DNA of 64,000 nucleotides, from contig NW_026859523.1 of the NCBI RefSeq assembly GCF_026571515.1, forward strand, positions 62,001-126,000, read 5' to 3'. Both the position numbers and the translations under genes were made by a program. Source of the stretch: Ruditapes philippinarum (lineage: Eukaryota). The number at the start of each line of letters is the position of its first letter. The first letter of the stretch is position 1. The notes under the pieces are model-generated. The model saw nothing but the letters and a program-made list of their open reading frames with translations. It was not told where the DNA came from and did not search any database. Shown here piece after piece: positions 1-13,137 of this stretch.

Positions 1-1741
1 ACCTCAAGAAATGCTTTGATTTCATCGATAGAGACATGATGCTATATAAACTACTCTTGAATAAAATTGATGGTAAAATATATAATTCAGTGAAAAGTAT
101 ATACAATTATTCAACGTCATGTGTGCGCATTAATAATAAACTCACAGACTGGTTCATTTGTTCAAAAGGTGTGAAACAAGGATGCAATTTATCGCCGACA
201 ATTTTTGCTATCTTCGTTAATGACTTAGTTAGGGAAATCAACGACCTTGACCTAGGAGTCAAGGTGGGGGACACATCAATATCAATGCTACTATATGCAG
301 ACGATATAGTCTTGATTGCCAATTCTGAAGAAAATCTACAATGTTGAATACAATGCACGACTGGTGCAAGCGTTGGAGAGTCTTGATTAACTGCGAAAAA
401 TCCAAGATAATACACTTCCGGAAAGGACGAACGAACCGCAGTGATTACCAATTCAAAATCGGAGCTAATTATCTTGAAACAGTCGACAAATATAAATACC
501 TTGGTGTTATTTTCCATGAAAAACACGACTTTAACTACAATTGTGAAACACTTTCAAAAAGCGCAGGACGGGCTCTTGGCAGCCTTATTTTCAAAAGTAC
601 ATGGGCTAAAACATTGTGGATTTAAAACATTTGAAAAATTATATTACTCATGTGTTGTTCCTATTTTGGATTACTGTGCTTCCGTTTGGGGTTTCAAACA
701 TTTTCAAGCGGCGGAAAATGTACAACATCGTGCGATTCGTTACTTCTTAGGCGTTCACAGATTTACACCTAAATTAGCATTGTTGGGAGAAACAGGTTGG
801 ATACCGTGCGCCTATAGAAGATGGATTTGTATTGTCCGATATTGGAATAGACTGGTTAAATTAAGTGATGATAGGATTACTAAACGAGTGTTTAATATGG
901 ATTACGATAAATCAAGCGCAACAAGTAACTGGTGCAGTGAAGTGAAAACCATTATGTCTAAGTTAGACTTATCCAACCACTTTGACAATAAATTAACAGT
1001 GAATATGGATTATATTAAATTGAAAATTTTCGAGTATTATGCAAATATATGGACAATCGACTATGAAAAGGTCCCTAAATTACGGACTTACAAAACATTT
1101 AAGACTCAATTTTCAGGTGAAAGCTATTTGTCACTAAATCTTAAAAGAAATGAACGCTCAATCTATGCACAATTTCGGTGTGGTATTCTGCCCTTACGTG
1201 TAGAAACCGGAAGATATATAGGAGAAGCGCCAAATCAAAGACAATGTACTTTGTGTCAATCAGGATTAATTGAAGATGAAACTCATTTCTTAATTGTGTG
1301 CCCAGTATATAATGATATAAGATCAATGACATTTAATGACATTATTATAAATGATGTATATAACAACATGACAAACACGGAAAAATTAGTATTTCTCATT
1401 AAAAATCACCAGAACAAAATAATAAAATTTCTTGTTAAAGCATATGTGATAAGGAGAAATTTTCTGTATAATAGGTAATTGACTTTTAACTAGCCAATAG
1501 TGACAACATGATGATATATTGACTGTCCATTTTCTGAAATGTGATACTGTAATTTACAGATCGAGCAGCAACTTTAATCTCATTTAAATGTTCCATTTTA
1601 AAAGATATGTACTGTTCACAGTTTGTATATTTGTATATATATAATAAGGTGACTTATAGGTCCAATGGGCCGGGTGTTTTTGTATGTATTCTTATAATGT
1701 ATGTGAAATGATAAATGCACAATGTCACTATAATAAACAAT

Positions 1742-1769
<28 letters not shown>
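1..1769 (+). mobile_element. Non-LTR retrotransposon (LINE, RTEX-like) 3' part: RT + C-terminal CCHC-like region, two frameshifts, 3'UTR, (TTAC)n tail
   Basis: LKKCFD (pos 3-20), KGVKQGCNLSP and LLYADD in ORF 36-347. Continues by frameshift into 341-625 (YKYLG) and 441-1478 (LRVETGRY..CTLC..EDETHFLIVCPVY). AATAAA at ~1732, then ttacttacttac to 1769. Clade assignment is inference. Confidence 0.9.
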
Positions 1770-1773
<4 letters not shown>

Positions 1774-2280
1774 CATTTTATTTTGTATCCAAAAAAACAA
1801 AACATTACAAATTAAAAATAAATCTTTCAAACAAACATTAGAGTAGTTTATATTTTCTATTGTTTAAAGATCACTATAATGTGATGCAAAGCTGATCATA
1901 ATAATGTTATATTGTCATTAGATCTGCAAAATTTCTGTACCTTTTTATAATATCAAAGAACCATTCCAAATTCAAATTTAGGCATGTCAACTACATAAAA
2001 CTACAAATTTTCAAGATTGCATGGAGCACATTACAAAATAATGTTATCAATGCACAAGAAATAACAACTCTAGAATTTCTTTTAAATTAACAATGCCAAT
2101 ATATTTCACTGGCTTATACATGCAAATATATATATAAATATTATCACCTGCAATTTCTGCCTGTAAGTTGTCTGCATCATCATACTGAAATTCTAGGTCA
2201 TTTTCATCACCAGTACTCTATAAAGAAATAAGATAAACATAAAGCAGTCTTATAATAAATAAGAGGGATGTAAGGAAAAT

Positions 2281-2380
2281 AGACATTTGCCCCCTCTGAC
2301 CATTGCCTCCCCTTTTTTGTCTCAGGACAGACATTTGTCACGTCCTCTATTTTGGAAGGGCAGACATTTGCCCCTTCCAA
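2281..2380 (+). mobile_element. Terminal fragment of a GACATTTGCCCC-repeat DNA transposon family (same family as 13138-13522)
   Basis: Three GACATTTG(C/T)C motifs; tttggaagggcagacatttgccccttcc matches tttggaagggacggacatttgtccccttcc at ~13223. Confidence 0.5.
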
Positions 2381-2821
2381 AAACAAAGTTTTTAATGGTA
2401 TAAAAAAACTGTAACTTAAAAATTAATTTCATATCTTTTTTATCACTTTACCTTTCTTTTTCTGTTACAGAAAATGTTTAAATAATGTTATAAGTATTTT
2501 TTTTTTAAAAATTGAATTCAGTTATATTATAAACAATAAAGAATTATGTGTGTAGAAAGGCCTAACATGCTACTTATCAGTATGCCTAGTATATGTAAAA
2601 AGGACTTTCGTATGCGAAAAGTACTATTCAGTATTGATTTATTTATTTGCGATTTTAATATAATGTTTTTCATAGCTAGATTGTTATGATAAAGTCATGT
2701 CAAAAGAATTTTTTTTTCTGAACAATTAATACATTTTTAGCATTTTTTTTCTGTATCATTGTCATATCCTGTATTTTAATAGAAAGTGTCCACTATGCAA
2801 AATGACTTAGGTGATGAATTC

Positions 2822-4506
2822 CAGGGCACTCGTTTGGCCATTTTTGGGGCCGAATATCGGCCCCATTCCCCTCTCAAAATCATGTGCTTTTTTCCCCTAT
2901 TTCAGCAGAAAATTCCCCTAAAAAAAAATTGTAGAATAAATGTTTGATATTTAGGCTAACAAAAAAAGTGATGTTTTCATTTCATAAAAATAAAATATAT
3001 TTCTGTTTAACTTTCAATGGATTGAAAACTAAATTACAGTTGTCAACAACGCTGTATGTTAAAACCGAAAGTAGCAGGAAGTGAGAAATGTAGAAGGGAG
3101 GTAACTCTCCTAAAATTATTGACAAAATTAATGTGGCAGATAATCATTGTAGGAGTTTACCTTATATTCAATTTGTTTAGAGAATAGACATACATTGTCA
3201 TATTTTGCTTGTTAATAAACAAAACTATTTTAATTTCTGTCAGTTGATGTTGGAAAAAACCACAGGCAATCGGTGCGTGGCTAGGATAGTATACATGTAC
3301 ATGACCACGCCCACTTATTTTTTTATAAATATTTTTTTTTCTTATTAATAAAATATTTTTTTATTCAAATTTTTTTTAAAATATCTTATTTTCAATAAAT
3401 CAACAAAGAAAATTTGTTTTTAAAAAAATTCATCCATAATATACTATTAATATAGTATATATGGATGAATTTTTTTAAAAACAAATTTTCTTTGTTGATT
3501 TATTGAAAATAAGATATTTTAAAAACATTTTGAATAAAAAAATATTTTATTAATAAGAAAAAAAAATATTTATAAAAAAATAAGTGGGCGTGGTCATGTA
3601 CATGTATACTATCCTAGCCACGCACCGATTGCCTGTGGAAAAAACGTATTTCTCTTGCAGTTTTGTACTCAAATATTTTCGTACCCAGTTTTACAGTTAC
3701 AGACAATTTTCTCTGAAACCAAACCCTTTTTTAGAAAAGGCATGTAACTTTCTTGTTTATTTTTATTTAATTCTTATTTCAATTCTCATTGTTATAATTG
3801 TTTCAATCTAAAGAACAGGCAGAAATATGTAGAAAATAGATTAAGAACTGACCAGTGCAGATTGCAAAATAGTGTGATACATTTTTAACTTTAAAAATAA
3901 AGAAACAATTAATGACTATAATAGGAAATAATTTTCCTGTGTTTCCATAACTTGGGTACAACATACCCTTGCCTAGGAAAGTCTGCCTTTCCAGAGCTTG
4001 TTGCACTGATTCAATTTTTGTTGTACAAGTTTTTTTTAAAAAAAAACAACAACAACAAAAACAACTGTCAGTTTTAATTTTTTATCATAAACAAAAATGC
4101 ATTATGCTTGTTATAGATTTTAATATAACCCTAACGTTTTTCAGAATTTGCATTTTACCCCTCACTTTAGAATTTGAGGGGTATAAAACCCTTGGCCAAA
4201 AACATATATCTGGAGCTCTGATTGATGTCTGAGTCAGTCAAGTGCAATAACAAAGCAATAAAGAAAATAATGAGATAGCCTATCTCAAGAAAAACTTCAT
4301 GTTATATGTTTTATTTGTTAGGTCTATAGTAATAAATATACTAGCTATTGTAAGTAATGGTAGGAAATTGTGCCAAGAGTTAATGTAAAACCTAAATTTA
4401 AAGAACTCATATATGGCTTAAAATTCCCCTTTTTGTCTTAAAATGACGCAAAATTCCCCTTCCTGAGGGTATGGGTACCTGTCCCCAAAAGTTGTCTAGT
4501 GCCCTG
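2822..4506. mobile_element. Non-autonomous TIR DNA element (CAGGGCACT...AGTGCCCTG) with a nested foldback
   Basis: 9-bp perfect terminal inverted repeat; AATTC on both flanks (2817-2821, 4507-4511); several TTCCC/ATTCCCC subterminal motifs near both ends. Confidence 0.55.
3261..3637. mobile_element. Foldback MITE, near-perfect 377-bp palindrome with 8-bp TSD GAAAAAAC
   Basis: CACAGGCAATCGGTGCGTGG... is mirrored by ...CCACGCACCGATTGCCTGTG, centre ~3449; gaaaaaac at 3253-3260 and 3638-3645. Confidence 0.9.
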
Positions 4507-5239
4507 AATTCCATTATTTGATGATTTGTAACTATTTCACGGTAAAAAGAAAGCTGCTTATTCCAAATTATTTTCACAGTTATATAAATGTCATTAAATA
4601 CCAAGAACTTCTTGAAAGTAGAAACAGCGAAATCCTAAAAAATCTTATTTATAGCGTACATCATGAACAAATTTACACATTAGTTTTACTTTATGAAATA
4701 GTATTTCACTCAGACAGTCAATGACATTCCATAGTAACAGCTTTCCATGTGCTTCACTTTATCTTCTATAGAAAATGGACAATTAAATATCGCTGTCCCC
4801 ACTCTTTATTTTTAAGTTTTAAGGTTAAAAAAAAAAGTTTCTAGTTGTATACATGTACTATTTTTCACTTGATTATCTATCATACTCGATGTAAAACATG
4901 TAGCTGTTTTCTATTTGATACCCACATATGTATTTATTTACATGATTATTCATTTATTGTAATGTCTGTTTTTACAAATGTAACCTTGACGAAATAAAAG
5001 AATGTTGTGGTAATAAGGACACTTGCAGATCTATGCAGAAGGTGTGAAAAAAAATGTACAGCTTAATAACTATAATCGGCTATTTCGTTTGACTTGTTTA
5101 TCAGTCAGGTATTCAACTGTTGATAACCTCACATTCAAAGCTGTGATGCGGAAACATAAACAAATTAGGTAAACACTGAAGTGATTACAGGTGTAGGCCA
5201 TTTCTAACAGCCTTGCCATTATGTTAACCCTTCAGCGAC

Positions 5240-5490
5240 ATGGTTGAGTGCCCGCCTTGTAATCCAGAGGTCAGGAGTTCCAAACTATGTCACCACCTGA
5301 GGACTTTTCAGGTTAAGAATAATGGTGCTTGGGTAAAAAATATAATGACCATGCTTATAAGTTAGTGTTTCATTTGCATGCCTGCAGAATTGACTAGCAA
5401 TCAATTACAGACAGAAAGACAGTATCTAGCATATCCCATACAGGAGTGTCTGCCTTGTAATTAAGAGGTCTGGAGTTTAAAACCCGGTCA
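5240..5490 (+). mobile_element. Two degenerate tRNA-derived SINE heads
   Basis: tggttgagtgcccgccttgtaatccagaggtcaggagttc (~5240-5280) and gagtgtctgccttgtaattaagaggtctggagtttaaaaccc (~5444-5485) resemble a tRNA anticodon arm and B-box; no cloverleaf. Confidence 0.45.
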
Positions 5491-5984
5491 CTGAAGATAT
5501 TTCAGGTTTACGTTTAGCCCAACAAATTGTGCGCTTTTTATCATATACTAAGACGATGGTCACCCTAAATAAAGACATCTATGAAATATCAGATTATAAA
5601 ATTGTTCGGTCTTGCAGTTGAAATATTGAGACTAGAGTGGTTGGACCAATGCTCGGCGCATATTAATGCTCGGCGTAAAAAATATTTCTTTAGAATTTCT
5701 GAAAAATTTTCAAGCTATCTCCGATTTTGGTCACCGGTGCTTTTATTTACATCTTTCACCACTTTATCCTGGTGCGGTTCACTGCTGGTAAAGTCACATG
5801 ACAATGCTAATAGCAGAAGAACGACCATATATGTAATCCGCAACATATAAATTATTAAAATCTTTTAACACTAGAGCTCTAGGGCTGTAAAATTTAAACT
5901 AAAAGTTGGGTACTTGTAAATGTATGAACCTAATTTGGTTGTTACAATTTATTCAAAATGTTTTATTTTGTACTTCACAACAGC

Positions 5985-6200
5985 AGGTGTCAAGTGCCGT
6001 GTGGCAGCCGTAAAAAGTTGCCCCGTACTTCACTTCAGTGTTGTTATATTTTCTGGTCCTTTGGGATCATTGATGCCAACACTATAAAGTGTTGAGAATT
6101 GAGTACCGCTCAAGCCGGTGCTAGGGGGTGTGAACGAAAAAGATATTATAGTACTGTACACTGTTATCAAGAGGTCCTTTGTGCCTTCTTAGAAATCCTA
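5985..6200 (-). repeat. Internally deleted copy of the ~631-bp structured repeat family
   Basis: Reverse complement matches gtacgggg..ctttttac.gc.gccacacggcac and ccccctagcaccggc of the 35353-35983 unit, and the 49520-49645 copy. Confidence 0.65.
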
Positions 6201-6549
6201 TGAGGGCTAAATTATAAATTTACCCGAATGATCGTCACCCGATTACTGTTACAATTCAAATGGAAAAGTCAGTGTGTCTGCCAATGCAATCAATATACAA
6301 AGTAAAGGGAATATAAATAATACAAATGATATTCAAGTCAACGTTTTATTACCATTATATCCGTGTCATCCCGCTGACGACGAAGTATTTCGCGTAATTT
6401 TGGTAGTCCTTCTTTTCTTTCAGCCATTTTGATTCATCGTTTATTTTACAATTCGTGACAATTGATAATGGTTGCACGGCACTAAAGTGGTTTCGGGCGA
6501 ACTGATGTTTAATTTTATTAGTCTATGTATCAATTTTATCACTTGTTGT

Positions 6550-6693
6550 TATAATGATTTATGCATTTATATGTATATAAATATTCTTATATTGTTTAAT
6601 AGATTTTTCATCTCTTATAAGTTCATGCTGGAGTGGCATTGTACTTTTATGCTGTTACTTTTAATATTATAATGGAAATATAAAGATTACTAC
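6550..6693 (+). mobile_element. LINE 3'-end remnant (same family as 63069-63289)
   Basis: Shared gatttatgcattta..gatttttcatctct..gctggagtggcattgtacttttatg..taaagattactac. Confidence 0.6.
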
Positions 6694-7009
6694 AATATGA
6701 TGGGGTTTCCACGATGAATTTGTATAATGGGCATGTCAGTTATCGTAGGTCTCAATGTGTGGTGCATCACACATATTCATGCAATTAAAGATAAGATATT
6801 GAAAATTTAAATTAAACCTTTCTATCATTTATTTTCTTCGCTAGTATATTAACTTCATGTATATTTACATAAAAGCAATACAAAAGATCTCAGTAAACAA
6901 ACGACATTATAAAAATGTGTATATATATACTAAAGTAAAACCTGAAGAATAATGATTTACGCAAATATACACATTGAGCGAAACCTGCAAAAACAACCAG
7001 TAAATTAAC

Positions 7010-8580
7010 CTCTTTTTGTCTTAATAGTACAGAAATTGTCTGTGAAAAAAGCGTGAAACTTCTTTGTGTTGAAATAGACTCTTTACTAAATTTTGACTTA
7101 CATGTATCTAACATTTGCAAAAAGGCTGCAAAACAAATCAACATTCTTTCTAGACTGAGTAAATTCTTAAATCAAAATACTAGATTGTTAATTTACAAAT
7201 CCTTTGTTCGTTCAAATTTTAACTATTGTCCTTTAGTTTGACATTTTTGTAGTAAACAGAATACTGAAAACACTTGAAAAATTGCAACATAGATCATTGA
7301 AGATAGTTTTTGAGGATTACAGCTCATCATATGAATTTCTTTTAAGTAAAGCTAATATGCCAACTTTACATATCAGTAGATTAAGACAATTAGCTATTGA
7401 AGTTTTTAAATGTTTACAAAATATATCACCAAAATATGTTCAAGAACTTATTACAGTAAATTCCTCTTATTACTCTTTTAGAAATAACAACACACTTGAA
7501 GTTCCTAGAGTAAATACAGAGACTTATGGTAAGAAAAGCTTTCGCTATGAGGCCACCCAGGTCTGGAATAGCCTCCCGAATGAACTAAGAACAGAAACTG
7601 ATGACGGTGAATTTCGGAGGCTTATCCAAACCTGGAGTGGCTTCAAATGCAAATGTTCTATGTGTGCCTAAGTGTTATGTTTTTTGTTGAGTTTTGATAT
7701 GTGAATCAAGTGAATCTGCATGCTTCTTTTGTTTCTTCTTTTGTTTTTCTGTATTCTTGTCTGCCATAAAGTAATGCTGTATAAGACCTGTTTTTATCAT
7801 GTAATGCTTTTCATGTGCTTCTTGTATGTATATTTGTATAGTCATTTGTCAGTGCATGTTAGTGTTTGTATATGTGACAGCTGCTGATCAGCTTTTCATA
7901 TATCCCATTAGGGGAAAATAGCTTCTTAAAGTCTATGTTTTACCTTTTATTTCTACTTTTATTTTATTTTGGTTCTAATTAATTAATTAATTAACTTAGA
8001 CCATGAATTTATCTAGGCCAGCTCAGATCAGCAACTGTTACACAAACATTTCAAGTTTTATTATGATACTTGTACATGTTTTAGTTACACCCATATTTTC
8101 ATGACTGAGTATATATCAGATGCTGCTACTGATATATGCTCAAGCATCATACTGGAAATTAGGTCAACTATATTAAAATAAAATAAAATTGAATCATTTA
8201 CTTTAATTTATTTTAATAATTTAAATTTTAAAAAAAAATTCTAATTCTATTTCTGATTTTAGGGTTGTGTACATAAATAGAATTCTTGTATGATGTAATT
8301 TTATGTGATGTTTGATTGTAGTGTTATATTTGCTTTTAATCATTTAATGCTTTCTTACCCATATTTATATGTGCTGATAAATCTTAACTGTTTTACAGAG
8401 TCTTTCATAAATGTACATTGATCTTCTTAATACTTTTATATATTTTCTTTTATACAGATTGTTTGTTTGAATTGTTATAGGATAGTCAGTTATGTCGGAA
8501 AATAGCTTATATAGCTAATGTTTATATGTTTTTATGAAACCGACTATAAATAAAGATTATCTTATCTTATCTTATCTTAT
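7010..8580 (+). mobile_element. 5'-truncated CR1/L2-group LINE with long 3'UTR and (TCTTA)n tail
   Basis: VKLLCVEIDSLLNF..YKSFVRSNFNYCPLV* followed by the frameshifted ORF 7282-7671 (YGKKSFRYEATQVWNSLP); aataaagattatcttatcttatcttat at 8549-8580. Confidence 0.85.
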
Positions 8581-8867
8581 ATGAAAACATTTTTTTCATT
8601 GATATGTCAAACTATATTCACAAATGGTAAAAGCTGAAAAAGAAGGAACAATGTTCGAAATAAAATCGACACATATACATAAAAAATAAAGCCTGTAAAG
8701 ATAAGAATTAGCAATGTATTGTATAATAATAAGTATACATGTATACACAAAAACAATACATAAAAATACATGAAAAATAAGAAAAAAATGTACATGTACC
8801 ATGATTTTGTACGTTATAAACAACACATCTTTTTTAAATACTTTCTTAATCTCTCTATATACAAATA

Positions 8868-10150
8868 TATGCAGATGACAGCACTATTTTATTCTCACAT
8901 AAAGACCCGAATTTCATCTCAGAAAAACTTGGGACAGCCCTAGAAAGCTGTTCAGAATGGCTCGTAGACAATAAGCTGTCACTCCACCTTGGTAAAACAG
9001 AATGTATGCTATTTGGCCCCAAAAGAAAATTACAAAAGCAAGAACAATTTACTGTTACATGTAATGGTCATAGCATAAAGGGTACTAATTTAGTCAAGTA
9101 TCTTGGTCTTTATATTAATAGTGATTTATCTGGGGAAACTATTGTTAATAACGTTATTTCTAAAGTGAATGCCAAGCTCAAGTTTTTATACAGGCAGAGC
9201 AGACTTTTAGATACTAAAACAAAACAGCTTTTATGTTCAGCCCTGATTCAGTGTCATTTTGACTACTCTTGTTCCTCTTGGTATGAAGGTTTATCAAAAC
9301 ATTTGAAAAGAAAGTTACAAATTACTCAGAATAAGGTATTAAGATTTGTCCAAAACTTACCGCCCAGAACTTCTGTAACAGTGTATGAGTTTGAAAAATT
9401 AAATTGGTTAAATGTAGAAAACAGAGTCAAACAGTTAAGACTAAATCATATGTATAAGATTTTTTACAAAAAGAGTCCATCATACCTTAGAGCTGACTTT
9501 AGATGTTGTGCTGATGCAAGATTTTACAATACTAGATCAAGCAATTTTAATTTTATTGTCCCCCAGTGTAATTCTGTAATTAAACAGACCTGTTATTATA
9601 ATGGAATTAAAGACTGGAATGATCTGCCAGAATATATAAAATCCATTAATAATTTTGTGCAATACAAAAAATCTGTTAAAAAGTACCTACTAGAAAGCTA
9701 TAAAAGTCTTTCAGAAGATATATATGTGTACAACTAATGTGTTAGGCACTGTGATCAAATATTTCTGTGATAGTAATACTAGGCTTATTTTAAAAAGGGC
9801 ATACTTTTATAAATATATTTCCTTTTTCAACCAAAATTTTGACCAAAGTTAGTTAGTTTATATTTTTATATTTTTTTATCTTGTTTTGTTTTTTTAGGGG
9901 GGGAAAGGGTTAAAATTATGTTAGTTTTTTTATTTCTATGGACCCCATTGGAAATAAGCATTTAGCTTAATGGGCTATCCATAGGTGCATAGTACCTCTT
10001 ATTTTATTTTTTATGACAAAAGTGTGCTCTTTTATGCTGTTTTATGATCTCATTTTATATATATGATTTATTTATGTTATCTCTTAACTGTATGATTTTA
10101 TATTTTGTATCTTGTGCTATGTTCCTAAAATGTATAAATAAATAATAAAA
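8868..10150 (+). mobile_element. 5'-truncated CR1/L2-group LINE, open frame from YADD to stop 9737
   Basis: In-frame YADDSTILFSHKD..WLVDNKLSLHLGKTECML upstream of ORF 9006-9737 (KYLGL, FDYSCSSW, DWNDLP); 3'UTR hairpin ctatgg..ccatag at ~9936-9984; aataaataataaaa tail. Confidence 0.88.
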
Positions 10151-10399
10151 TAACACATGCATAGTATTAAAGAGAAAACACCATGATTTCAACGTAATAA
10201 ACAACAATCTGTTTTTATTATCACTCTATATAAAATCCCTTCGTTGGAGTTGTTGGATCCTATTCCTGAAATGTGGCTACATAGTAGCAGTAGTTGGGAA
10301 ATAGTCTTATCAAGCACAATGATGAAATGTCTGTCTTTAAATACGTTATACTAATATAAATAATTATGATCATTATTAATCAATTATATTTTTTGATGA

Positions 10400-11732
10400 T
10401 TATGACAACTGTAATTTTGGTCTTAGTTTCTGTCGGTGTAGATTTGCTGCCCTAATGAGAAGTTCTGGTTTGTGTAATATGTCCCCGTTTGTCGTCATCT
10501 GTGTCATCACTGTATCCACTATTTCGGCAGCCGGTCTGAAAATGTCCTGTCTGGCTATCTCCTTCACCTGAAAGACGGAGGATGAAAATTACACAATATG
10601 TAAGCTATATATAGATCAAAACTTGTGATATTATGACACTCCGAATACATAATTCTATAAAATTGGCATTAATATATCAATTTAGTAATAAAGCGATTAT
10701 GATAACGTACCTTAGCTGCTATCTTTGTCTTCTTTAATGCACCGGGCTCAGGTTGATGTTGATGTCCATTAATGCCAGGAGTAAACAGGTCTTTATATTG
10801 TTTTACGGTGGCACCACACTTCATGTTGTTATTTCTAACACTACATCTCCAGTAAATTCGCTCTCCCTTAGTCTTCTGAAATAACATAATAAAACACAAT
10901 TAGAGTTATATAATATTATATCTTTATAACAGAATAACATAGCAAAATCAAAATACGATCGTTTCTATGGAATTGAAGACTATAAATAGAAAAAAATAAG
11001 AAATTAACGACATACCATACGAGTGTAAGTGTAACCATCGCTACTGACTAGTTTCTGTCCTCCACGCTTAGAACCACCATCTACGAGTTCGTATGTCAAT
11101 GGTCCGTCTTGTAGGATCACATCATCTAGCGGAACATCTGAAGGTAATCTAGCGTCAGGCGGGGCCTGCTGTCGGTTGTGGTCTCGATTGTTTATATGAA
11201 AAGATTTGTCTTCTAGGAGTGTTAAATCGTCTTCTTGTATCTGGTGAACTTCATCGTCTCGGACAACATACGTGGTGTTCATCAGTTCATATTGTAATGG
11301 AGAAGCTGCTATAGTCTCGTAGGGCGCTTCGTTGATACATCTGGCACAGAACCATTCTAATTCTAATGTTCCTTTCACCATCTGTCTGTACTGGTCTGTC
11401 GTCAAACCCGTACTTCCGCCTGAAACAACAAAAAAGAAACAAATGTTATCTATGAGTTTATGAAAGTTCTTCAATTAGTACGACAATAGATTACAACATT
11501 AAATAGGAATATTCAATAAATTTTAGATAAATATATTTATGGTAATTAAAATTAATATAAAAGTTGAAAAATTAAGTTCATTTTTCATAAAGTATTTAAC
11601 GTAAAATGAAAGTTATTTACCTTTCTTGCATTTCCTGTGCTGCCAGTTCGCGCATCCGTCACAGCAAACAGCATGCTGCCGCATGGTGACCATCTCAGAG
11701 CAGTTAATACATGTAAATACGGTATCAGCCAT
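10400..11732 (-). CDS. 4-exon PHD finger + FLYWCH zinc-finger protein (282 aa), Mutator/MULE transposase N-terminus-like
   Basis: Exons 11732-11621, 11419-11016, 10875-10711 and 10567-10400, all GT-AG and in phase (849 nt). PHD: CINC..CCDGCANWQHRKC..WFCARC. FLYWCH: KLVSSDGYTY..IYWRC..C..HQH. Ends RAANLHRQKLRPKLQLS*. Confidence 0.8.
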
Positions 11733-13137
11733 GATTGCTAATGACAGACTCGTAAATTGTTAACTTTTTTTATATTGATACAACTTGAAGACATGCATCA
11801 CTTTCTTATCTAACTGTTAGTTTTAGGCAAACACGCACGCCGAGTAAAACATTTCAACACCTTTATTTTCAATTACATGTCTTATGGTTAGCAGACTTTC
11901 TCTGTGAGCAAACAATTGATATTGTTTTTTTTTAAATATTTTTTTCCTCAAAACTAATTAATCAAATAACGAACAATTCATTATCAAAATAAGTAAAATA
12001 TATAAACATACTTAGTACAATATACATGTATTATATTCATAAATGTCATTTGCGTCATAATTTAATTACAACAAAATATTGATGATAAAAACACTATATA
12101 TATCAACCAAGTCTACTTAAACCGGTAGTTCGACGATAAATAGATAATGCGCCCGCTAAGTTCATTGATTTTTTTACGTTAATTAATATAATTGTTCTTC
12201 AACATTAATTTTGTAAAAATAATTTATTAGATGTTACTAAATTTAATTGAGAAATGTTGATAACTGTAATTTTACCGAATATTGAGATTTTCCATATTCT
12301 CCCTTTGTATGCTACTATGCATCATTAACAGGATCTAGCATCCTTCAGGTCATTTTGTAAAGTGTATAAAGTAAGGTGAGAAAATATTTTTTTTATAAAC
12401 GGTTGTTTGCTATATTAACCTCACATAACGGCTCGGGTTATTTTCGATCCTTGATTACATACCTCCTCTATTGTTTGTGAAAGGTCTATATTTTTCGGAT
12501 AGACCTGCTTAAACAAAAGAAAGTCCGTTATGGGGTCTATCTTTTGCACGTGCACATGTCTGTTCTAGTCAGACAGACCCGATCATGAAATACACGTGAA
12601 AAAAAATGACCTGCCAAAGGGCAGACAAAGAAAACATGAAATGCAATCAAAAATTAAAAATTGAAATAAAATGTAAATGATTGTCATAATGTTCCTGTCT
12701 TACAAAATCCGGATACATATTTTAAACAAGATAATGTTTATTGAATGCACTAAACAATTATTCCTGCATCCCTATATTAAATCTTTGAATAAAATTATTG
12801 GATATCATATCAAAGTTAGGACACATTTAACATATATTTAATCGCGTCATTTTTCAACGAAATAGTAATCTAAGTTGTTCTTTTATCATTAAGTTCACAA
12901 TATAACAAAATGGACGTTTCAAGTTCATATCTATGAAACTATATAGCAGTAATCACAGCATAATCATTACGATTTTAAAATGTTAATAAAGATATAAGTG
13001 ATTTAGTATAAAAAATTATGATGAACGATCATATTTTAATCTAGAACACTTTATAATCTGCTATATGAAATATAGTTTCGGTTCATGTATATTACACTTG
13101 CCAACAATATACATATGTAAGTCTTTCGTGGTCTGTT

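Noticed and set aside
107-526. 139-aa minus-strand ORF (and 33862-34233)
   Set aside because: Antisense shadows of LINE coding sequence.
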